From the NCBI GenBank assembly GCA_964016885.1, contig OZ024740.1, positions 348,254,001-348,318,000 on the forward strand: DNA of 64,000 nt, written 5' to 3'. The number at the start of each line of letters is the position of its first letter. The stretch's first letter is position 1. A program made the position numbers and the translations under genes. This document shows positions 35,558 to 49,026 of this stretch, one piece after another. This DNA is from Eledone cirrhosa (lineage: Eukaryota). The notes under the pieces were generated by a model. It was given only the letters and a program-made list of their open reading frames with translations, did not search any database and was not told the DNA's origin.

Positions 35558-35769
35558 AACGAGTAGGACCCCGACGGCTGAGCTCAAGCCGTCTCGACGG
35601 CTAATTCTGGACTGAATGTCCTGAATTCCGGCTAAATGTTCAGAATTAGCCGTCGAAACGGCTTGAGCTCAGCAGTCGGGGTCCTACTCGTTCCTATTAC
35701 CCACTCTACTACCCTAAGTATTGATACTCGGGTGCGTTATGGTCTACCTGGCATCTTAGGACACCTTTG

Positions 35770-35771
<2 letters not shown>
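35553..35771. mobile_element. Fold-back fragment, family C
   Basis: 35553-35613 is inverted against 35637-35697; the shared tail then runs into (TA)n. Confidence 0.75.
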
Positions 35772-35808
<37 letters not shown>

Positions 35809-36139
35809 TTTATGTATAATTATTAAGGCAACTTACCACAACAGTGCCATACATGGTACGTACGTTTCGTTTGTCCTGAGGACCAACTTGTTCTGCTTCT
35901 ATCGATGGAAGTGAAGCGGAAAAAGTTTACTCAAAACAGAAAATACAGAACAATGGGAGATCATGGGTTCTTCTCTCTTTGTTCTGTACTTCTCTTACGT
36001 ACGTACCTGGTTTGGCGCCGTTGTAGTAATTGGCCTTAATAATTATATCGAAACACGCCCTACGGACTTACCTGCTCTATACCTTGGATATTTTTACCTA
36101 CTTTATATATATATATCCAATTGACTTATGTTTCGTCAC

Positions 36140-36199
<60 letters not shown>

Positions 36200-36375
36200 C
36201 CAATTATCATTGACTGATCGAATCTAGGATCAAAGCCGTATCAGCAGTATATATGTCATTCTATATTTTCCGACATTATACTTCTTTAACTATAACATTT
36301 AATGTCTACATCAATATTTTAACGACTATGACTACATTAAAACAATTTATAGGATATTGTTGAGACAACGGAGAG

Positions 36376-36431
<56 letters not shown>

Positions 36432-36434
36432 CTT

Positions 36435-36489
<55 letters not shown>

Positions 36490-36597
36490 CTCTCACTCAC
36501 TCACTCTCTCTCTCTCTCTCACTCTCATTCTCTCTCTCTCTCTTTGAATACTTGATACACTAGATTTAAAAGCTGAATCCTATATTCGACATTTAAA

Positions 36598-36750
36598 AAT
36601 AATTGTTTCTACTTTTGGCACACGGCCAGCAAATTACCCAGTGTATTACTGGTACTTTATTTTACCGACCCCGTAAGGCTGAAAGGCAAAGTTAACCTCG
36701 GCGGGATTTGAACTCAGAATGGCAAGGGACGTAACTCTATGCGTCTAAAA
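36598..36750 (-). mobile_element. SINE family A
   Basis: Conserved central domain and tail. Confidence 0.85.
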
Positions 36751-37388
36751 TAATCATACATTAGCTCATACAGTGTTAGATATCTCTAATACGACGAGAT
36801 GGGGATGTACTTAGCTGGCGCTAAACAAAAGCATTAACATCAACATTTGAATGTTTCTGGGGTCAATTAACTACAGTTCAATTAATTTGGCAAGGCTGAA
36901 GATAACTCTCCCTTATCTAAAGTTCAATGACAGCCTCTTCGCTGTCCCGTTTAAATATTATGAGAAAAAGTGAACATCACTCCTTTTCCATGTAGTTAAA
37001 AAGAAATATTGGCTCTGTAAACCGCTTAATCAAAAACAAAAGGGAATTACTGCTGTACGAGTAAAAGTTAAATATAATTCCCCATCTTCAAAGCTTCTCT
37101 ATTGTGACTGTTGTTCAAAAACTAGGGTGTCTCGTGTATTTAGAGAATCATTTATTAGGATTTAATGATTTAGACATGTAAACAGTCATGGATAACAGTC
37201 TCGTTCATAGTATTGCTAAGTTAATAACGTTCTTTGAACTGTCAATACAGACTCCGAAATGTCTTTGATGTATTGTTCTTTTTTCACATTAGAATGCAGA
37301 TTTAAAATAAGAAATGATCAACATAAACATATGTATGTACAAATATATATACATACATGTATTTATATATATGTGTGTGTGTGTGGGG

Positions 37389-37457
<69 letters not shown>

Positions 37458-37900
37458 TGCTTGTTTGTTTGTGTGTGTATGTGTGTAGCGTGTCTTTTAC
37501 ATACGAACACAAGAGAAACTATATCAGAACGTGTAATCGACCGACATGCTGATCATGGTAGTCAACAACTATGAAATGTATGTTAAAAGCATAGTATTAT
37601 ATCATTAGTAGTCAATACATTTTAAAATTGCAACGTTATTGCGGGAACTGCGATGTTCAGTGCCTCACGTTGACTTCTAAATTCATACTAGTTGGGGAAG
37701 CAGACCAGTACGAAGACATTAGTAACTATATGAAGCAATGGACTTCCTAATACCCATAATACGGTTGTTGCCGTACCAATCTTTTGTTCTCAGTTTCTTA
37801 GAATCATACATAGGACGAACACTATCATTACACAAACACACACTTACAAACACATACATACACACACGCACACAAACAAACACACACAAAACACACACAC

Positions 37901-37933
<33 letters not shown>

Positions 37934-37974
37934 TGTATGTATGTATGTATGTATGTATGTATGTATGTATGTAT

Positions 37975-38327
37975 CCCTGCAAAGCTGATGGTATCCAATG
38001 ATGTTGACTTGTTCTTCTTTTTGGTAAATATCATCTTGGTTAAGAGAGTGTGACTGGCTTTGTGCAGTGCCTTTGCTCACTATAAAAGCTTCACGGCACA
38101 GGCATTACTTTATATCTGGAGATCTCTCTGCACTTGTCGTCACATGGTACCATGGGCCCAGCACTATGTGTCAATAATTGTCGCAAGTGTAGTGTTTGTA
38201 CCAGAGTTTTCAAGACGCTGGGTGGACTAAAAAGTCACAATCGTTCAGCGCATCGGTAGGGGTTCCCTACATGGATATAAAGTAGTGGCCGTATTCGAAA
38301 ACGAGTTGGCAGCCACCATGTATGTAT
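37975..38327 (+). mobile_element. RTE-like LINE-derived 3' fragment
   Basis: C2H2 finger CSVCTRVFKTLGGLKSHNRSAH-stop, then a (TATG) tail; shares sequence with 49321-49400. Confidence 0.55.
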
Positions 38328-38517
38328 CCCATCAAATAAGTATGTATATCAATGGCGAAAGAAGATGTAACGAAATAACATCTTCAGAGTAAGAACCTGT
38401 ACTTACCGTAAAACTTTAAAGTGATAAAACAAAGATAACATTGTGTTGCACTTGCTTAATACTTTTTGTAAATTTTACTGGAGACTTTTAATCTCCGTGA
38501 CTTTTTCTCCACACTCC

Positions 38518-38592
<75 letters not shown>

Positions 38593-38694
38593 TATTATAT
38601 ATATATATATACGTGATAACAAGCTATCGTTATAGGTAATCCACTTAGAGGTAGTATAAAAGCCATGCCTTGCGTATTATCCTCACATTCGCTC

Positions 38695-38800
38695 GCTCTG
38701 ATAAATTAACTGGTTATAACAAAGTATTGGATATCGATTGACGCAACATCTAGCGATTAGCGAACTCTAGACCTACCAGATCAAAGAAACAATTGTCAGC
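38695..38800 (+). ncRNA. Type I HHR with 81-nt helix II (core CTGATAA, 3:8 mismatch)
   Basis: gct-CTGATAA-..ctggt...accag..-GAAAC-aatt-GTC-agc, followed by AATAAA. Confidence 0.6.
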
Positions 38801-38864
38801 ACTGTAAATAAAGCCCTTATCGTACAGCCAACCATGTAACTCTTATTTCTTGAATTATATATAT

Positions 38865-39265
<401 letters not shown>

Positions 39266-39342
39266 ATAATAAATTTGAAGACTAAAATCCAAAGAGGATA
39301 AATATATATCAAATATATAAGAACCCTAGAGCAAATATTTAT

Positions 39343-39510
39343 CAAAATAACAGATTAAAGTTTAAGCAAAGAATCTCTGCTTTCCACCTTAACCTTAACT
39401 GGATCTGCTGAAACTAAAAAAATCAATCTGTGAACGCAGAAGTAAATATTTCGAAAAACGTTGCAACCGAAGGAAAACAGTAAGACATCTGTTATTTTAA
39501 TAAATAAATA
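39343..39510 (-). mobile_element. Third copy of the U4A-HHR family (motif at 39359-39415) with a short inverted end
   Basis: Similar to 6876-7015; 39487-39506 is inverted against 39343-39356. Confidence 0.7.
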
Positions 39511-39644
39511 TATATATATAAATGTATATATAGTGTATTTTGCAATACACTGCCTGCTTAATTAAAAGCATTTTGAAGACCATATGCTAGTGTTTTAAAG
39601 TAGTTACAATGTCACTTACTTAAATTTTCAGCAAACAGGGGAGA

Positions 39645-39693
39645 TAAGCTGACAGAGCTCTGTTTCGTACTTGTTAGTACTTATAAAAGCTCA
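39645..39693 (-). ncRNA. Type I HHR (U3:A8 family; G5 mutated in this copy)
   Basis: tgagct-TTTATAA-gtact aaca agtac-GAAAC-agagctct-GTC-agctta. Confidence 0.7.
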
Positions 39694-39994
39694 CTACTCT
39701 CCCTCTTTGTTGAAAATTATGTGTGTTGGATTCTTATAGAATTCCAGTAATAATCAAGAACTGATTATACACACCGGTTGCCGGTCCAGCAGAAATTGAA
39801 AATTAGAATTGGTGCTCTGAAATAGCAATATATATATGAATGTATATATAGTGTATTTGGCAATACACTGTATGCTTAATTAAAAGCATTTCAATTTCTG
39901 CTGTACCGGCGACCGCTCTGTATAATCAGTTCCTGATTATTACTGGAATTCTATAAGAATCCAACACATAATTTTCAGCAAACAGGGAGAGTAG

Positions 39995-40043
39995 TGAGAT
40001 TTGATAAGTACCAACAAGTACGAATCAAAGCTCTGCCAGCTCA
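39995..40043 (+). ncRNA. Type I HHR (U3:A8 family; decayed stem III)
   Basis: tgagat-TTGATAA-gtac caacaa gtac-GAATC-aaagctct-GCC-agctca. Confidence 0.65.
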
Positions 40044-40215
40044 TCTCCCCTGTTTGCTTAAAATTTAAGTAAGTGACATTGTCACTACTTTAAAAGAATA
40101 GCGTATGGTCTTCAAAATGCTTTTAATTAAGCATACCGTGTATTGCAAAATACACTATATATACATTCATATATATATCGCTATTTCAAAACAGCAATTC
40201 TAATTTTCATATATA

Positions 40216-40272
<57 letters not shown>

Positions 40273-40510
40273 ATATAATATAATATAATATAATATATTA
40301 TATAATTTTATATATATGAAGTGTTTCCGTAGAAAATGTAAAGGAAAAGAGAGTGCTCTATGTAGACTACAGAGCTTTTTAGTTATTTTCTTTTTTTGGT
40401 TGATTAGTCTACAACTAGGTCGATTATCCTTTTGGGATATAATTAATATTATATATATATATATACAGGGAGTGTGGAGAAAGAGTCATAGTCATATATA
40501 CATATATATA

Positions 40511-40692
40511 TATAAGGAAAGAGTCAGGACCCCGACGGCTAGATCCGAACAGTTCGGATCTGACTGTCGAAACGGCTGGAGCTCAGCCGTCGGGGTCCTG
40601 ACTCTTTTCATAATACCCCCTCTACTACCCTAAGTATTGTGTACTCTGGTGCATTATGGTCCACCTGGTATCTTACCACACCCTCTTTGTTA
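40511..40692. mobile_element. Fold-back fragment, family C
   Basis: GAAACggctggagctcagccGTCgggg plus the shared tail; internal hairpin agatccgaac/gttcggatct. Confidence 0.7.
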
Positions 40693-40709
40693 TATATATA
40701 TATATATAT

Positions 40710-40890
40710 AATTGTTTCTACGTTAGGCACAAGGCCACCAATTGCCCAGTGTATTACTGGTACTTTATTTTATCGACCCCGTAAGGATGAAAGGCAAAGT
40801 TAACCTCGGCGGGATTTGAACTCAGAATGGCAAGGGCCGTAACTCTATGCGCCAAAGCATGGCGTCCGACCCTCTACCAATACTGCCAAG
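40710..40890 (-). mobile_element. SINE family A
   Basis: Near full length. Confidence 0.88.
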
Positions 40891-40971
40891 CCAATGAATG
40901 TATATTCTATTTTCTACTTTAACTGGTTTCAATCATTAGACAGCCACGAGATTGGAGCACTCGATAAATAA

Positions 40972-41035
<64 letters not shown>

Positions 41036-41947
41036 AAATAAAAGGAAAACAGCTTTACAACTTTCATTTCAAACGTTATATTGAGTGGCCTGTTGAGAGA
41101 AAAACTTACTGAATCTATTTATTCGTTTACTTTTATTTGTTGGTTCTTAAGCTTCAATCTTTTAATACTCTTTGAACAATCATCAAGGCGACTGGCAAAA
41201 TGTTTGTTGATTTTCTAACAAACGCATAAATCATACCCAAATATATATATTGCACATATAGATATGTGCATAGATAGAAATATATATGTACATATAGAAT
41301 GGAACTGCTTCGCTTTCAACGGGCTGCTCATGAAATTAACGTGTAAGTGGCTGAGCATTCCACAAAAACATGTACTGATAACGTGTGCCCATAATTATCA
41401 ATCAGGAAGACACAGTGTGTGACAATTTTCTGTCTACCCAGTTTCCTTCATACGGCATGGGTGGTCCCGGGTCCATGATAAATGACATAGAATAGATGTA
41501 AGGAAGCCGCATAAATGAAATATACTTTTACGCATTTTTTATATATAGATATGTGATTATGCTTACGTATTTCCTTGTAAATTGGGAAAACATAATGAAA
41601 AGTCTATGTAGCCGATCCCGGTAAAAAGGATTCCCAGACTATTTTAGCCGGTAAGAGTGTCAGACATTATAAATTGCGACGCGAGTTAAGACAATTTGAA
41701 AACTTTTCCACCATCAGTTAAAATACGAGTTAAAATCATGCTTGTGTTTTGTCCTTTCGTAACGTACATTTCGCTTTAGTTACATACACACACATCTACT
41801 GAGTTCCGTGGCTTAACAACTTCAGAAGAGACAAATATTTTCGAAATTAAGAATTTCAGTAGAAAGTCAAATATTTTCGCAGAATGTCACGGCCTGTGTT
41901 TATGATAGCAGTCACTAACTGGGTTCTAAAACAGTATTTATTATTTG

Positions 41948-42370
41948 GGATTGGCAGTATCGGTGGTGGGGGTCGGACACCACGCTTTCCAGCATAGTTA
42001 TGTCCCTTAACGATCTGAGTTCAAATCCCGCCGAGGTTGACTTTGCCTTTCATCCTTACGGGGTCGATAAAATAAAGTACCAGTAATGCACTGAGATAAT
42101 TGCTGGCCCTGTGCCAAAAGTAGAAACAATTATTTAGCGATAAAGTAAAAACAATTATTTGGCGTTAAAAGGGCAGTGGATTGGCAGAATCGGTAGATTC
42201 TCGGACACCTTGCTTCGCGGCATATTTACGTCTCTACGTTCTGAGTTCAAATCCCGCCGAGGTTAACTTACGAGGTCGATAAAATAAAGCACCAGCAATG
42301 CATTTGGGTCGATTTAATGCCCCCCCCCCCCATAATTGTTGGCCTTGTGTTTGAAGTAGAAATCATTATT
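41948..42370 (+). mobile_element. Two tandem SINE family A copies (41948-42133 and ~42170-42370)
   Basis: Each has A/B boxes and the central domain. Confidence 0.85.
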
Positions 42371-42506
42371 TGATGCTAAAAAAAGCTTCCGGGACTCCGG
42401 CTACAGTTGCGTCCCTTTAGAATTTACCGGTCAAATAAGCTTAAAAAGCATGATTGTCTATATTGCCGAGACCGGCTACGTAGCCTATTCCAAAAAATAA
42501 CAAATA

Positions 42507-42549
42507 CATTTAACACGTTTTCAAACCTACCTGGTCTTTCATCAGAAGG
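42507..42549 (-). ncRNA. Type I HHR
   Basis: Minus strand reads cctt-CTGATGA-aagacc aggta ggttt-GAAAAC-gt-GTTA-aatg. Confidence 0.65.
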
Positions 42550-43020
42550 CCTGCGTAACATCGAAACATCAAGGAAATATGTAGTCAAAGGGCTTTTACG
42601 CCTTATTCCTTGTAGTTTTATCCTCAAATGGGCATACATATTTGCGTATTGTTACCGCTCTTGCAGGTAGTTAAGTATAACATTAATGTGTGTGCTAAGT
42701 AGGTGAGCTATATTATAAAGTTATATTTGTATATACACCGAATAGAAAAAACGAAACTGCGTAAATGTGTACTTTCAAGATTAACGCTAATGATATGTAA
42801 ATAAGTACATGTATTCTGAAACAAAGAAACACCAATTAAGATTGAAAACCGGTTATTTATACATTTATGCAAATTCGGTTACTTCCATTATGTATATGTA
42901 CATATATTACTTTATCATATACTTCGGGTTCCTAACGCAGAAGTAAATGAAACCATATTTAAATCTGTCCATCATTCCGCTTTCTCTTTGTCTCACTCAC
43001 CCAATCTCCTCCCCTCTCTC

Positions 43021-43065
<45 letters not shown>

Positions 43066-43102
43066 AATAACCGAGGTGTCCTACACGAGTGAAAGCATAA
43101 AG

Positions 43103-43333
43103 AAAAAAAGATGAAATCGAAAATGCAACTTGAGTCTTATTTAAAAAAATATATATATATTTATTTGGTTCCTTTACCGGTTTCGCCGTTCTTCACAAAT
43201 GTGAGAAAAACCACAGATCCTCCATCTCAACTCTACTTTTGAAAAGCAGAAGAAGTGCGAAACCGGTAAAGGGACCAAATAAATATATATATATTTTTTA
43301 AAATAAAACTCCAGTTGCATTTTCGATTTCATC

Positions 43334-43340
<7 letters not shown>
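43103..43340. mobile_element. Head-to-head inverted pair (~85-bp arms) with an HHR
   Basis: 43105-43186 is inverted against 43257-43338; TA tracts nearby on both sides. Confidence 0.75.
43236..43271 (+). ncRNA. Minimal type I HHR (U3:A8 core)
   Basis: ctt-TTGAAAA-gca gaagaag tgc-GAAAC-cg-GTA-aag. Confidence 0.65.
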
Positions 43341-43378
<38 letters not shown>

Positions 43379-43418
43379 GATATTAAACAAATGGAAACTA
43401 TATTTATAAAACCATATT

Positions 43419-43484
43419 TATTTCATTATACATATTTCAGGGATACCATATTAAAAATATGGCATGCCTTCTTCAGATAAAATA
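43419..43484 (-). ncRNA. Type I HHR (family of 18506-18571)
   Basis: tattttat-CTGAAGA-agg..ccatatt tt taatatgg..cct-GAAAT-atgt-ATA-atgaaata. Confidence 0.8.
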
Positions 43485-43604
43485 CATTTGTTTAATATCG
43501 TATATCTACTCCAAAACTTGTTGAGTGCTTTATATCAGTTATAAAATATTTACTTGTTGTAACCCAACAATTTTAAATAAAACTTTTGCATACATATATA
43601 TATA

Positions 43605-43685
<81 letters not shown>

Positions 43686-43774
43686 TTAATGCTTAAGTCA
43701 TGAGCTACTTTGTAGTATACCTGCGCACTAGCAGGTTCATTAGACAACTCTATACTTTCAATAACAGAGACAAT

Positions 43775-44070
43775 ATATGTACAGGAAACTTAAGGACGGG
43801 TGACTTTGAATTGGTATCTCAGGGGGAACAGAAGTGAGATATGAACAGTTAAAGGAAGATAAAGGAATCTTTGAGAGAAATAAGGACGGAATGGGCATGG
43901 CATGTGGGATGATGATGGTGGTTAAAAAGTTGATGATAGAAATTTGTATAACGGTTGACCATTCAAGTGCTGATGATGAGGAAGGGGAGGATGTATAGAG
44001 AAAATTAGATGAATGGAGAATATCGTAGCCGAGTTGCGTGCTCGCAAATGCGAGCCCCGCGATGTGTAAA
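43775..44070 (+). pseudogene. Possible degraded RTE AP-endonuclease fragment
   Basis: ITVDHSSADDEEGEDV*RKLDE resembles IQVYAPTS..DDEEVE.FYE.L. Confidence 0.3.
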
Positions 44071-44215
44071 GGCTCTTCCACTGTGAATTTCATATATGTG
44101 CATTATTGCTTGTGTGTGCATGAGTGTCTATGTGTGTGCAGGTGCGTGTCTGTGAGTTTTATACTGTGTGTGCGCAAGTTTGTGCGTTTGTGTGCGTGTG
44201 CGTGTGCGTGTGTGC

Positions 44216-44268
<53 letters not shown>

Positions 44269-44607
44269 CGCGCGCGCGGACTGTTTTGTTTATTTCGTGT
44301 GCATGTGTGTGTGTTTATGTATGGATATGTCTTTGAGTGAGCGTGTGGAGGTTGTTTTGTGTAGTTATTTGTGTGTATATTATTTTGAAGGGGCGTGTGC
44401 ATGTGTATTTATACGTGTGTGTCTGGGACATTATTGTATTGTTTATGAGTGTGTGCATGTGAGTGCACGTAAATTTGTCTATGATTATGTATGGTTGTGT
44501 GTATATGTCTGTGTGTGCGTGTCTGTGTGAATGCGAATAGACACGTGTATGTCCAAAAGATTTTCGTACGTGACTTATATATACATTTATATATATATAT
44601 AAGTCAC

Positions 44608-45476
44608 AAATTGAAGGATGAGTATTTTAAACTTTATTTTATCATGAGTTAAGGCTCTATTGATTTTTCCCTGGATTTCACTAAATTCTGTGGATGAATC
44701 TATATCCTGATTCTCTTTGAGATAAGTTTGAATTATTTTTCCCACATCTTACGTTAACTATTTTTCACATTTTGACGCGATAGTCACTTATATATTATGG
44801 AATACTGTTGGCTTTTCGCTACAATGTTTTCTATACCTTTCATTTATATATTTATACTCGGATTTCTTTCCTAGAGTGCTTAAATTATTTGTGACTAATC
44901 CCGGTATTCTTTTTATAAAAAACCACGATAATATTGCTTTTTGCTGAACTCCTTATTGTAGAGTTTTTTTCGGAATGTTTTTTGACTGTTGTTTCTTGTA
45001 AACAAACATTCGTCTCATTTGACGCCACCAGCCCTGTCTTTCCTCATGTGCGTTTTATTTTTCATAATCACGCATGATGGTGAACTAGTCTGTTTTAAAT
45101 TCCCTTTTTGGCATATTAATCTGTGAGAATCTTGGTTATCGAGTTGAGCTCTGCTGAGGATCGAATTCCAACCGTGACCATCTCCACTGAAAGTTTTCTT
45201 GGAATAGTCTTTAAGGCTATACAGAGCATTTGAAGTTTTTCCAAATTGAAGGATGAGTATTTTAAACTTTATTTTATCATGAGTTAAGGCTCTATTGATT
45301 TTTCCCTGGATTTCACTAAATTCTGTGGATGAATCTATATCTTGATTCTCTTTGAGATGAGTTTGAATTATTTTTCCCACATCTTACGTTAACTATTTTT
45401 CCCATTTTGACGCTATAGTCACTTATATATTATGGAATGCTGTTGGCTTTTCGCTACAATGTTTTCTATACCTTTC

Positions 45477-45481
<5 letters not shown>
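44608..45481 (-). mobile_element. Partial tandem repeat (~635-bp period, ~1.4 units) between TA tracts; PLE-like
   Basis: 44611-44846 is nearly the same as 45246-45481. A degenerate HHR-like string lies at 45001-45052. Confidence 0.55.
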
Positions 45482-45521
<40 letters not shown>

Positions 45522-45599
45522 GTTTCTTTTAAAAAAACAATATGTCTCACACGAGTGTACCTCTTCAATTGATTCTTTTCTTCTTCCTCTATTTCACCT

Positions 45600-45940
45600 T
45601 TGCCTGCTTCCAGCATAACTTAAGCAATATTTGCCTTAACGTCTCATTGTTCTCTCTTTATCCTTGCTCTTCTTGCTCTCCTTTTCTCCTAGCTCTTCTT
45701 TTCTTCCTCCTCGCATTTACTCCGTGCTCTCCTTCCTCTCCCTTTCTCCTTGTTCTCCTTGCTCTCCCTTTCTCATTGCTTTCCTTACTCTCCTTGCTCT
45801 CCTTTTATCCTTGCTCTCCTTGCTCTACCTTTATCCGTGCTCTGCCTTTCTCATTGCTTTCCTTGCTCTCCTTGCTCTCCGTTTCTCCTTACTCTCCCTT
45901 TCTCCTTACTCACCATTTCTCCTTGCTCTCCATTTCTCCT
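45600..45940. repeat. Pyrimidine-rich minisatellite (ccttgctct-type units)
   Basis: Directly visible. Confidence 0.85.
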
Positions 45941-46224
45941 TGAATCTATGCACTTGTTTATATACAAATACAATGATAAAAGGGGAGCAAGGATAAATAT
46001 GAAAGCAAGGATAGTAAGGAGAATATATATATATATATATATATGTAAATGCTTGTATATATGTTTACATGCCAACACAAGAGCAAGAATGAGCGATTTA
46101 TTCTACTGATATGGCTTAAAAGAGGCTGTTTGCATGATTGTAAACGAATCGAATATTATTATTAATATTCGAAAAACTCAGATTGAATTTATTGTATTCA
46201 GCCCTGTAGAGCAATAATTAGTTG

Positions 46225-46280
<56 letters not shown>

Positions 46281-46283
<3 letters not shown>

Positions 46284-46571
46284 TTGACCTGCTCAGGTTG
46301 TCAAGAACACTACATAGGACAGACAAAAAACAGCCTCCGTCAACGTATGACCGTCCATAATTCACAAATTAAAATACAGAAATACAGAAAGATTGCATTT
46401 AGTGAACATATCGCCAATTGTGGTGCACACAACCAACATCCAAACTTTAAAATTTTCCCCATTTACAAATTCATAGACAACGCTACTGTCATGCATCGTA
46501 CCAATAAGGAAACATATTTCTTTATCAAATTACAACCTCTACTTAATGCACTAAACTTCGGACCAAACTAA
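46281..46571 (+). pseudogene. PLE GIY-YIG endonuclease C-terminal fragment (Neptune-like)
   Basis: VLTCSGCQEHYIGQTKNSLRQRMTVH...SEHIANC...KETYFFIKLQPLLN. Confidence 0.88.
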
Positions 46572-46988
46572 AACTGCAACAAACAATCAAACATTTACAA
46601 GAGTTACCTCCCTCACACCCAATCTAATGCTTTTTCTTAAATAAATTAAATATCATCCAGCATGAATTGCCTCCCCCACTGCATATTAACTCAATAAAAA
46701 TGGAAATCATATCAAACCTCAGTCCACCATTTGCCTCCATCATGAAATCATGGATCAACTAAGCACCCTTGCTATATTAACACATTTTGATCTGCTTAAC
46801 TTCAAGAATTATGCCTGTAAATAACATTCTTTTTTCTTTCACATTGAATATTTTATGCTCTACATTACGCCCGTTTTTTTCTTTTTTCTTTTTTTTTCAC
46901 TTCATAAACCTTGCTTAAATAACATTAGTCTTTCTGGACCATTTATTTAACATGTGCGACACCACCATTCTACACTAATACATATCAG

Positions 46989-47032
46989 TGTCATTTGATA
47001 ATGCATAAAAATGCTGAAACCGGTAATAGACA
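46989..47032 (+). ncRNA. Minimal type I HHR (U3:A8 core)
   Basis: tgtcat-TTGATAA-tgcat aaaa atgct-GAAAC-cg-GTA-atagaca. Confidence 0.78.
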
Positions 47033-47220
47033 ATTATTAAATATATAAATAGATAAATAAATGCGATTGTTAATTAATAAATAAATCAACTAATACCTTA
47101 ACACTTCACACAAAGTAAAATATTTCGTTTTAATCATTTTCTAACCCAGAAAAAAGAGAGAAAGAAATAAAAAAGGAAAAAATATATTTTTCTTCCTAAT
47201 AATCGTCTCTTTCTCCCTGT

Positions 47221-47275
<55 letters not shown>

Positions 47276-48379
47276 TATGAAATATATATATATATATATG
47301 AACTATATATATATATATGAAATATATATATATATATGAAATATATATATATATATATATATGAAAACAGGGAGAAAGTCTCACATGATCCTAGTTGACT
47401 AACTTTTTCTACTTAACTTGATGTAAAATTTTAATTGCACTATAATATAGTCGAATCAAATTTATAACACTATTAATTGTAATTATATTTATTTTATTAT
47501 ATATAACTGACTAATATCGTCTTAAACTTTAAACACTATACTCTATATATAAATTATACAAATGCGTATATCTAGATAAATCCTGTTTAATAATATCCTA
47601 TTTAAAAACATTTATATGGCTTTTTGGATACTTAAGGGCACTTTAATTTTATAATTTTAATTGTTTTCTAACTTATATATTGATTAGATTTCTTAATTTT
47701 AATATAATATAATTTTGATTACCTTTGGATTGATGATAATCTTAATTTTTTTCTTTCTCATGTTTGCAAAGACTTTAAATATGATATTATACAATAATAT
47801 AAATTCTTATACATTTTATAGTCAGAAATCTTATGCCATTTGATTAATTGACTATTTCTAATTAACATAAGGATTCGAAAATAAACGGCCATCCAGCTAT
47901 GTCCAGATATATATTTTTTCCCCTCATCTAATTATATGCTGTTTATGCATTACAATACATGTCTTCCTCCCTGTGTTTATAGTATTAAACTTATTTTCTC
48001 TTTTTCTCTCTATCCTTTGATCAGTTCTCTTGCCTTTCGTGCATATGATCCTCTATCTTTCTTATCATTCTCTCTTCCTCATGAGTTACTCTCTCCATCT
48101 TTCACTTCCTCTATCTGCAATAATGAGTTATGCATATTTTATTATTATTTAAATTATTTAAATTTTTAACAGTTATGTAGGTTTATATTATATTATATAT
48201 TATTAGTGATTTATTATTATGTATCTTTGTACACATTCTCATACGCACCCTCTGTATTTATATGTAATTTTTTCATGTTTCAACTTAAGGTATATACATA
48301 TTGAGTATTGTCATAACTAATTCACTGCCATGACTGAATTATAACCATCAACATAGTCAAGGTATGTCAAGCATCAACT

Positions 48380-48445
48380 TATTTTATCTGATGAGGACGT
48401 ACTGTTGAAATAGCTCAGTACCTCTGAAATATGTATAATAAAATA
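48380..48445 (+). ncRNA. Type I HHR at the end of a 1.1-kb AT-rich, TA-flanked island (~47380-48500)
   Basis: tattttat-CTGATGA-gga.gtactg...cagtac.ctct-GAAAT-atgt-ATA-ataaaata; perfect 8-bp stem I. Confidence 0.85.
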
Positions 48446-48514
48446 TATTTGATCACATGAATGTCTATATTTATTAATATTTTGAAGTAATATATATTTA
48501 TTAATATTTTGAAG

Positions 48515-48592
<78 letters not shown>

Positions 48593-48649
48593 TACTCAAT
48601 ACCAAGTATTCAATTCTCTCAGCTGTCAACACATACCGATGTGTATATT

Positions 48650-49026
48650 AGGGTGGCCCTTAGCAATAGGCAATTTTCCGAAAGTTAAGATTTTGCTGCT
48701 CCCACACCGAAAAATATGTTTGCTCTATACCTGTGCCCTGTCCCCAGCGTTGCAAGTTGCCTTCCCCATTATATTTATTGTCACTTGTCCTTCTAATACC
48801 AAGAATAAGTCTGAGCAATTTTTTTATTTAAGAGAAAATGATAGAATATATATAAATTTGTTATCTGAAAAAATGGCTTTCCGGGCGAAAATTTCAAAAT
48901 TTCTATTAGGGTCGCCTTGCAGTTGTCCGCTCGAGTTAAAGTTTTGCATAGATTGTTCTTTCGTTAAATGAAATAAGATAGCGGGTTGGGAGCTAAACGT
49001 TTAGAAAGTTGAAAAATAAGGGCCAC
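48650..49026. mobile_element. Putative MITE
   Basis: 10-bp terminal inverted repeat gtggccctta / taagggccac; the right end is cut by a (CATA)n tail. Confidence 0.4.

Larger units (their letters stand above)
39521..40212. mobile_element. Retrozyme-like element: 318-nt monomer, 1.15 copies on minus head-to-head with 1 permuted copy on plus
   Basis: Direct repeat at 39521/39839, inversion at ~39888, an HHR in each arm, TA-flanked. Confidence 0.82.
46281..47228 (+). mobile_element. PLE-3: 5'-truncated GIY-YIG plus 3' UTR with an HHR, inserted in (TA)n
   Basis: GIY-YIG fragment, HHR at 46989-47032, TA tracts at both ends, short inverted end copy at ~47360-47378. Confidence 0.85.

Noticed and set aside
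45542-46109. Leu/Ser/Pro-rich membrane-like ORFs
   Set aside because: They derive from a pyrimidine-rich minisatellite.
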